From an uncultured Pseudomonadota bacterium (GTDB lineage Bacteria > Myxococcota_A > Polyangia > Fen-1088): 64,000 nt of DNA. The notes beneath the pieces are model-generated. The model saw only the letters and a list, made by a program, of their open reading frames with translations, had not been told where the DNA came from and ran no database searches. A program made the position numbers and the translations under genes. Each line of letters opens with the position of its first letter. Within the stretch, counting starts at the first letter, position 1. Below are positions 57,715-64,000 of the stretch, one piece after another. The stretch spans positions 32,001 through 96,000 of the forward strand of contig CAWKBC010000001.1 of assembly GCA_963847705.1 (NCBI GenBank), written 5' to 3'.

Positions 57715-59511
57715 TTACTGGGAGCAGGTCGAGACGGTGGCCTGTGCCGCGTGGGTGGTGCCGTTGTAGAGCGACACCACGAAGCTGCCCTGGAAATTGC
57801 TGATGCCGGCCTGGATGCCGCCGGCCGCGCTGATCACGGTCCCTTGATCCTGCGCCTTGGAGCCGTCGGCGCTCACGTAGATGAAGGCTGCCCCGTCGTT
57901 CTGGAGCAGCACCGCCGCCGCCCCGCCGCCGCTCGGATCGTCGTTGATCATCTTGCCGGTCGCCGCGGTCGAGGTGAACGAGAACGTCTTCAGCGGGGGA
58001 AGGCCGGCGTCCGGGGCCCCCGCGTCGGAGATCACCGAGCTCATGCCGGTCAGGGGAACGAAGGCGCCGCTGACGCTTCCGCCGCCGGTGTACATCGCCA
58101 CGAAGCCGGCGGTCGTCCCGGCGCAGGAGACCCAATTGTCGACGCCGCCCGCCTGCAGGGTGATGAAGTGACCGACCTGGAAACCGTCCCCGTCCACGAT
58201 CGTGAGGTAGGGCCAATCGTTGGTCGATTGGTAGGCGAGGCCGAGGTACGTCCCCGACACCCCGACGTAAGCGTCATCCTCGCTGTTGGGCTCGTAGAGA
58301 TTGCCGATCGTGGGGATGGCGTTGATGGCCGCGCCCGAGGCGGTCCCGTTCGGGTGGTACTTGCGCACGCGCGCGTACCAGCCGTTGCTCCCCTGGTACT
58401 TCCAGGAGAAGACGAACAGCTGCGTCGACGGCTGCCAGATGACGCGCGCGCTCCCGGTGTAGACGCTCTCCAGCTGAACGGTCTTTTCAACCGAAAGCGA
58501 TGCGGTGCCGCCGTCGCCCGGCGCCGTGGCGAGGGTCGTCATGTAGAGCTGGTCGGCGTAGGTATTGCCCGTGCCGGCTGCGTAGAGCAGCGCGATCTCG
58601 CCCGTCGGGGCGACCGCGACGTCATCGATACCGACCGCCGGACGATAGGGGATGGAGAGGAGAAACTGACTGGGTCCCCGCTTGATTCCGGTGACGGGGT
58701 CGAACATCTGAACGAAGATGGCGCTGCCTGCCAGCGCGCCGCCGTCCGCGCCGCCGTCGACGGGGGCCGGACCCTCGTAAGCGCTGAAGATGAAGAGAGT
58801 GTCGGCGTTGCGAACTGCCACCGCCGAGGTGAAGCCGGGGTTGGCGTCCCCCTGCGAGACGTTGGCGAACTCGAGCTGAGGGCCCACGCAGCTGCTTCCC
58901 CCGGAACCGCCGCCGCTCTTGCCACCGCCTGCGGTTCCACCGGCGCCCACGTGGCCGGTGCCACCCGTGCCACCCGAGCCAGTTGAACCGGCGCCGCCGT
59001 CGGTCTGACCCGTGGTCACCACCTGGACGTCATTGGTCCCCGGCACCAGCTGCGACGGTAGCGCGCAGACCTTCGAGTCGGTGCAGACCTGCGGCGAAAC
59101 ACAGTCGACGTTCGCCTGGCACTGGTTGCGGCACTGCTCGTCGCGGGCGCAGACGAGCGGCGAGTTGCAATTGCTGTTGTAGACGCACGTCACCTCCGTC
59201 GGGAGCTGGCAGACGTTGATCGTGCTGCCGCCGCTCGTGCTGCCGCCGCTCGTGCTGGCGTCGGTCGCGCCGGCGTCGGTTGCGCCGGCGTCGCCCGCCG
59301 CGCCCGCCTTCACGCACAGTTCACCGGCCGGGCAGTCGCCGTTCACGGCGCAGGCGGTGTGACAGAACCCGAAGGTGCAGGTCAGCCCCGCGGCGCACTG
59401 GCTGTTCAGCGCGCAGCCCATGCCGGGCGCGGGCTTAATCGCCCCGCCTCCGCAGCCCGACAGCAGGCCCACCGAACCCAGCACCAGACAGACGACGACG
59501 AGCTGCTTCAT
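57715..59511 (-). CDS. Cys-rich secreted lipoprotein
   Basis: Lipobox LSGC, repeated CxxNxxC modules, DAGAT and TSGGS repeats; RBS AGGAG. Confidence 0.85.
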   Translation of the reverse strand: MKQLVVVCLVLGSVGLLSGCGGGAIKPAPGMGCALNSQCAAGLTCTFGFCHTACAVNGDCPAGELCVKAGAAGDAGATDAGATDASTSGGSTSGGSTINVCQLPTEVTCVYNSNCNSPLVCARDEQCRNQCQANVDCVSPQVCTDSKVCALPSQLVPGTNDVQVVTTGQTDGGAGSTGSGGTGGTGHVGAGGTAGGGKSGGGSGGSSCVGPQLEFANVSQGDANPGFTSAVAVRNADTLFIFSAYEGPAPVDGGADGGALAGSAIFVQMFDPVTGIKRGPSQFLLSIPYRPAVGIDDVAVAPTGEIALLYAAGTGNTYADQLYMTTLATAPGDGGTASLSVEKTVQLESVYTGSARVIWQPSTQLFVFSWKYQGSNGWYARVRKYHPNGTASGAAINAIPTIGNLYEPNSEDDAYVGVSGTYLGLAYQSTNDWPYLTIVDGDGFQVGHFITLQAGGVDNWVSCAGTTAGFVAMYTGGGSVSGAFVPLTGMSSVISDAGAPDAGLPPLKTFSFTSTAATGKMINDDPSGGGAAAVLLQNDGAAFIYVSADGSKAQDQGTVISAAGGIQAGISNFQGSFVVSLYNGTTHAAQATVSTCSQ

Positions 59512-59599
59512 GTCTCCTAGAATCCCCCGGCTAAGAAGATCCTGGACCATATCAGAAGTCCGCGGTCCGGTTGGCCCTGCGATCCTCGGGCAGATGGGC

Positions 59600-60721
59600 T
59601 CAGCGTCCGCCGCGACGACGCCGGCGGTGATGGGGGCCGGCGTAGGCCGGCGCTCCCGTGCGTGCTTCGACGCGGGGCGGATCGGCACCGCGCGCGTCGC
59701 CGCGCGGTTGATCGACCCGGTGGGCTCCAACCTGGGGCGACGGTCCGCCCGGCCTTGCTTGCAGCGACGGTCCGCCCGGTCTCGCCTGGTGTGACGGGCC
59801 GCCCGGTCTTGCCTGCAGCGGCGGTCCGTCCGGCCTCGCTAGCAGCGGTGGTCCACCCGGTCTCGCCGTCGCCAGGCCGCCGCCCGGGCGCTGCCCCTTG
59901 TCGCGGCCGGCGCGCCCCCGCTCGGCGTCCCGCCCCCGACGGCCGCCGCCGCCCCCGCTGCGGTGCTCGGGCGTCCCCACCTCGGGCACGGTGACGCCGT
60001 CCAGCGTCCCGCGCTGGAGGTGCTGAAAGAGCGCGTCGCCGCAGTCGGCCAGGCGCAGGAGCCGCGCGTCGTAGCGGGCCAGGTGCTCGGTCAGGTTGCG
60101 CAGGTCGCGCCGCAGGATCTGACGGGCGTTGTTGTTGCCCGCCACCTCGACCACCTGGGGCAGGTCGATGATGGTCGGACCGCCCGCCGCCATGAGAACG
60201 TTGTAGGCCGACAGATCGCCGTGAATGCGCCCGGTGCCGAGCAGCGCCTTCACCTGCAGGAAGACCTCCTGGTGAAGCGCGGTGGCCTCCTCGGCGGTGA
60301 AGGTGAAATCGGCCAGCCGCGAGGCGGGCGTGCCGGCGCCGTCGACGAGCAGCTCCATGAAGAGGACGTTCTCGTACAGGAAGTACGGCTCCGGCACCCG
60401 GACGCCGGCCTCGAAGGCGGCCCGGAGCGCGTGGAACTCCATCTCCTGCCAGTTGTCCTCGATGAGCCCGCGCCCGTAGGCGCTCTTCTTCTGCATCGCG
60501 CGGCGGTCGCGCGAGTTGCGGGTTTGATTCCGCCCCTCGACGTAGCTGGCCGTCTTCTTGAAGGTCCGCTCGTCGCGCGCCTTGTAGACCTTGGCCGCGC
60601 CGAGGTGCCCTTCGCGCTCGACGACGTAGACCGTCGCCTCCTTCCCGCTCATCAGGCGCGCGTGAACGGCGTCGATGATCCCCTCTTCGACGAGGTGGGA
60701 GAGGCCGTCAAACTGGGACAT
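59600..60721 (-). CDS. RIO1-family protein kinase with repeat-containing tail
   Basis: LMSGKEATVY, AKVYK, VRVPEP, IHGDLSAYNVL, IIDLPQ, RDLRNL. Confidence 0.95.
   Translation of the reverse strand: MSQFDGLSHLVEEGIIDAVHARLMSGKEATVYVVEREGHLGAAKVYKARDERTFKKTASYVEGRNQTRNSRDRRAMQKKSAYGRGLIEDNWQEMEFHALRAAFEAGVRVPEPYFLYENVLFMELLVDGAGTPASRLADFTFTAEEATALHQEVFLQVKALLGTGRIHGDLSAYNVLMAAGGPTIIDLPQVVEVAGNNNARQILRRDLRNLTEHLARYDARLLRLADCGDALFQHLQRGTLDGVTVPEVGTPEHRSGGGGGRRGRDAERGRAGRDKGQRPGGGLATARPGGPPLLARPDGPPLQARPGGPSHQARPGGPSLQARPGGPSPQVGAHRVDQPRGDARGADPPRVEARTGAPAYAGPHHRRRRRGGR
59731..59867 (-). repeat. Five 27-bp coding repeats (ARPGGPxxQ) in the RIO kinase tail
   Basis: ARPGGPPLL / ARPDGPPLQ / ARPGGPSHQ / ARPGGPSLQ / ARPGGPSPQ. 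Confidence 0.9.
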
Positions 60722-60757
60722 TCGTCGCCGCTGAGGGCCCCGGTCGGTTTTCTTGCG

Positions 60758-60964
60758 TCAGGCGGGACGATCCGTGGCGGGGGACGAGACGTTCTTCCGG
60801 TTGCGGGCGGCCAACCGCCGCAAGAGCTCGACGCGCGGAAGGTACAGGTGCCAGCGCTTGCCGTGGCGCTCGTAGGGGTTCGGCTGGGTCACCCAGCCCT
60901 TGAGCTGGATCGGCGTCGTCACCGCCGTCGAGAGATAGACCTCGGTGAAGAGGTTGTCCTTCAT
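60758..60964 (-). CDS. Small hypothetical protein
   Basis: 68-aa ORF with GC3-rich codons between two co-oriented genes. Confidence 0.45.
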   Translation of the reverse strand: MKDNLFTEVYLSTAVTTPIQLKGWVTQPNPYERHGKRWHLYLPRVELLRRLAARNRKNVSSPATDRPA

Positions 60965-61078
60965 GGCTCGTTTCGCCAGCACCGGACTCTCGAAGAAATT
61001 GTCGCCCACGGCGGCCTTCTACCAGATTTCGCGCTTTTATGCAGGCCCGTCGGCCAGGCCACCCTCGAACGCAGGCGC

Positions 61079-62968
61079 TCACCCGAGCCGGCGCTGCGTC
61101 TCCCGGACGATGTCGAACGGCTTGTCCACGGTGCGGTCGAGATGGCGGGCCACGAACGCGCGCGCGCGCGGCAAGAACGCCCCGCCGGTCATGAAGACCA
61201 TCTTCGCGGCGGCCTCGGGCGCCTCCAGGGCCAGCGCCTCGGCGACGTCCATCCCGGTCATCCCCGTCATCATGAGATCGCAGAACACGAGGTCGACGTC
61301 AGGTTGCGTGCGCAGCAGCTCCAACCCCTCCTTGCCGTCGGACAGCGCGGTGACGCGATATCCGGCCGAGCGCAGCTGCAGGGTCAGCGCCCGCGCGACC
61401 ATGGCGTCGTCCTCGATCAGAACGATGTGGCGTCCCGCGGCCATCACCGCCTTCGCCGCGGGCGAGGGCTCCGGCCTGGCGGCGGGCCCGCTGGGGGCCG
61501 CGGGCAGCGTCACGCGAAAGAGCGCCCCCCCCGCCGGCCGGTCGAGGACCTCGACGTCGCCGGCCAGCCCCTGCACGATGTTGCGGCAGACGAACAGGCC
61601 GAGCCCGGTCCCCTTGCCGATCTCCTTCGTCGAGAAGAACGGCTCGAAGATTCGGTCCCGATCCGCGGCCGGGACCCCCGGTCCGGAGTCGGCCACGTCG
61701 AGCAGAACCCGCGCCCCCTCATCTCGGGTGCGCAGGGTGACCTCGTTGGTCCCGGTTGAATCAGCAGGCAGCGCCTGGAGCGCGTTGACCACCAGGTTCA
61801 GGACGACCTGCACGAGGCGCGCTTCGTTGCCCATCACCGGGCGCGTCGGCTGGAGATCGAGGACCAGACGCGCGCGGGCCTCGACCTCCTTGCCCACCAG
61901 CTTGAGCACCGACAGCACCACGCCCCGGAGATCCACCGGGCAGAGGCTGATGTCCTCGGGACGGCTGAACGTCCGGAGGTCGCGGGTGATGCCGGCGATC
62001 CGCGCGGTCCCCGAGCGGACCGGGGCCAGCCCCTCCTTGAGGCGCCCGAGCGCCGCCTGCGCGGCCGGCACCTCGGGGCCGTCCATTTTGGCCAGCAGCC
62101 CCTCGAGCACGCCGACCTCGGTCTCCATCGCTTCGGCCTGCGCGAGAACGTAAGCGAGCGGGTTGTTGATCTCGTGCGCGACGCTGGCCGCCAGCGTCCC
62201 CAGGGCCATCACCCGATCATTCCGGATGGTCGTCTGCTGCAGCCGGTGGAGCTCGCTGATGTCGTGTGACAGACCCGTGAGCCCCACGATCTCGCCGGCC
62301 GCTCCGCGCAGCGGCGTCAGCCAGGTGTGATAGACCGCCTCGCCCGCCTGGGCGGTGTACCAAAAGGACTCGCCCGCCAGGCCACGCCGGATGTAACCCG
62401 GGATGGTGGGATGAGCGCCGAAGATATCCAGCACCTTCTGCCCGACGAGCTGGCCCGACTTGACGCCGAGGGCGGTCAGGCCGGCCCCCTCGGACATCGT
62501 CACCACGCTGTCCGCGTCGGTCGTCCAGATGGCGATCGGCGCGTGGTCGCAGGCAAACCGGAGGTGTGCCTCCACGCGGTTCCGTTCCGTCTGGGCCGCG
62601 ACCTCCCGGGTGATGTCGAGGAAGGCGACGATGACGTGCGAGACCGCTCCCCCTTCATCGAAGACCGGGGAGCCGAAGAACCGAACGTTGATGTCGCCTT
62701 CGGGCCGCCGCGCCACCAGATCGTCGACCGTCACCGGTTGACCGGTGGCCAGGACGCGCGCAAACGGCAAGCTCTCGAACGGGTAGGGGCGGCCGTCGCG
62801 ACCGAAGAGACCATAGGTCTGGGGCGCGTCGCCGAGGCGGCTCGAGGCCAACGGCGCCCCGAGGATCCGCTCGAACGCCCGGTTCGTGTAAACCGTCGCC
62901 CCGTCGGGAACCTTGCCAACCCACACCGCCACGGGCAGGTCGTCAAGGATGGAGGCCAGGTCCATCAT
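61079..62968 (-). CDS. Hybrid sensor kinase (PAS-PAS-HisKA-HATPase-REC)
   Basis: AHEINNPL, NLVVNALQA, FEPFFSTK, GTGLGL; receiver IEDD, FCDLMM, KPF. Confidence 0.95.
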   Translation of the reverse strand: MMDLASILDDLPVAVWVGKVPDGATVYTNRAFERILGAPLASSRLGDAPQTYGLFGRDGRPYPFESLPFARVLATGQPVTVDDLVARRPEGDINVRFFGSPVFDEGGAVSHVIVAFLDITREVAAQTERNRVEAHLRFACDHAPIAIWTTDADSVVTMSEGAGLTALGVKSGQLVGQKVLDIFGAHPTIPGYIRRGLAGESFWYTAQAGEAVYHTWLTPLRGAAGEIVGLTGLSHDISELHRLQQTTIRNDRVMALGTLAASVAHEINNPLAYVLAQAEAMETEVGVLEGLLAKMDGPEVPAAQAALGRLKEGLAPVRSGTARIAGITRDLRTFSRPEDISLCPVDLRGVVLSVLKLVGKEVEARARLVLDLQPTRPVMGNEARLVQVVLNLVVNALQALPADSTGTNEVTLRTRDEGARVLLDVADSGPGVPAADRDRIFEPFFSTKEIGKGTGLGLFVCRNIVQGLAGDVEVLDRPAGGALFRVTLPAAPSGPAARPEPSPAAKAVMAAGRHIVLIEDDAMVARALTLQLRSAGYRVTALSDGKEGLELLRTQPDVDLVFCDLMMTGMTGMDVAEALALEAPEAAAKMVFMTGGAFLPRARAFVARHLDRTVDKPFDIVRETQRRLG

Positions 62969-63034
62969 CAGCCGGCGGCATCATACTCCCGACCGCCGCG
63001 GTCCAGCGATGATCGAGGGTCGGAGGGGCGCGGT

Positions 63035-63361
63035 CTAGGCGGCGGCCCGCAACGGAGGCGCCTCAGCGACCATCGTTTGCAGGTACGCCGCCAGGTGGCT
63101 GGGACCCAGCCGACGGACGATGCGCAGCGGGCGGTGGTGCGCGCGTGCGACCTGTCGCGCCAGCCGTACGGCGTTGTGGCTGTTGACGTCGGTCAAGACG
63201 AAGACCAGGTCCGACCGGACGACCAGCGCGCGCAGGCTGGTGGAGGTCGCCTTACCGGCGATCACACCGGTGTGGGTGTCGAGCTCGTGCCCGCCCGCCC
63301 GTGCCACCGCTTCCAGGTCGCGGGCCACTCTGTCCAAGCCTCCTACGATTCCGATTCGCAT
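63035..63361 (-). CDS. DUF2325 domain protein
   Basis: IGIVGG and DLVFVLTDVNSH motifs. Confidence 0.85.
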   Translation of the reverse strand: MRIGIVGGLDRVARDLEAVARAGGHELDTHTGVIAGKATSTSLRALVVRSDLVFVLTDVNSHNAVRLARQVARAHHRPLRIVRRLGPSHLAAYLQTMVAEAPPLRAAA

Positions 63362-63505
63362 CGTCGCTGTGCTCGCTTTCTGCTGTCTCGTATACGCCAG
63401 CGGCGTCTATTATACAAGACAAGACGCGGCCGCCGTCGCCTGCCAGTCCCGGTTTCCCCGATCTTGGTGGCCGCAACTGGAAACGTCGGGTCCGGCCTGA
63501 TGTAT

Positions 63506-63523
63506 TGTCTAATATGATAGACA
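63506..63523. promoter_or_regulatory. Palindromic operator TGTCTA-N6-TAGACA
   Basis: Perfect 6-bp inverted repeat in an AT-rich patch about 55 bp upstream of the carbonic anhydrase. Confidence 0.6.
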
Positions 63524-63578
63524 TGCGTCTTTGGGCGAGCTAGCGTTGCCTCCGTCTCGAGACGAAAGGGGAGAGCCG

Positions 63579-64000
63579 ATGAGCCAGATTCTGAAAGAGG
63601 TCCTGGAGGCCAACGGGGCGTATGCGGCCGGCTTCGGGGACAAGGGCAAGCTGGCCCTTCCACCCGCGCGGCGCTTCGCCATCCTGACGTGCATGGATGC
63701 CCGCATCGACCCGGCCAAGCTGGCGGGGCTGAGGGAAGGCGACGCGCACGTGATCCGGAACGCCGGCGGTCGCGCCAGCGACGACGCCATTCGCTCCCTG
63801 GTCATCTCGTACAAGCTGCTGGGGACGCGAGAGTGGTTCGTCATTCACCACTCCAACTGCGGGATGGAGCTCTTCACCGACGAGATCATCCGCGGTCTGC
63901 TCCGTTCGAGCCTCACGACCTCGACCTTCGACGGCAAGGTCTGGAAGGACAGCGGGAAAGGGCCGGGCTCGGGCCAGGCCGACTTCATCGACTGGCTGAC
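63579..64000 (+). CDS. Beta-class carbonic anhydrase (clade D-like), 3'-truncated by window edge
   Basis: TCMDAR, RNAGG and HHSNCG zinc motifs. Not in the ORF track because it runs off the window. Confidence 0.93.
   Translation, partial: MSQILKEVLEANGAYAAGFGDKGKLALPPARRFAILTCMDARIDPAKLAGLREGDAHVIRNAGGRASDDAIRSLVISYKLLGTREWFVIHHSNCGMELFTDEIIRGLLRSSLTTSTFDGKVWKDSGKGPGSGQADFIDWL

Overview
GC-rich bacterial DNA, most likely Myxococcota (Polyangia-like), judged from the Cys-rich lipoproteins with GTGG/DAG linkers, the tandem-DsbA lipoprotein, the M16 lipoprotein and many sensor kinases. About 50 intact CDSs are present: four histidine kinases, a LysR-SDR island, hppD-hmgA, GST, YceI, DUF763, glutamine synthetase III, CorA, GH54 arabinofuranosidase, a geranylgeranyl-reductase-like/cfa pair, arylsulfatase, AKR, 2OG-Fe(II) oxygenase, MTHFR-like and DHFR/RibD-like proteins, FAH, RIO kinase, DUF2325 and a beta-carbonic anhydrase. 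I saw no rRNA, tRNA, CRISPR array, transposase, integrase or reverse transcriptase. The most notable points are: (1) a translationally coupled GGR-family reductase + cfa-like methyltransferase resembling tmpAB 10-methyl fatty acid synthesis; (2) many short gene remnants in intergenic gaps (GH11, ClpP, ORF6N-type, fuconate dehydratase, ECF-like) plus genes with central deletions; (3) short tandem-repeat arrays starting at or next to stop codons, two of which bracket the arylsulfatase; (4) four frameshifts in two genes that all fall on GAATC and can be repaired to GATC, suggesting modification-linked sequencing errors; (5) a degenerate attC-like element in a cassette-like region; (6) several apparent pseudo-enzymes. 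All family calls come from motif recognition by eye; no database search was run.
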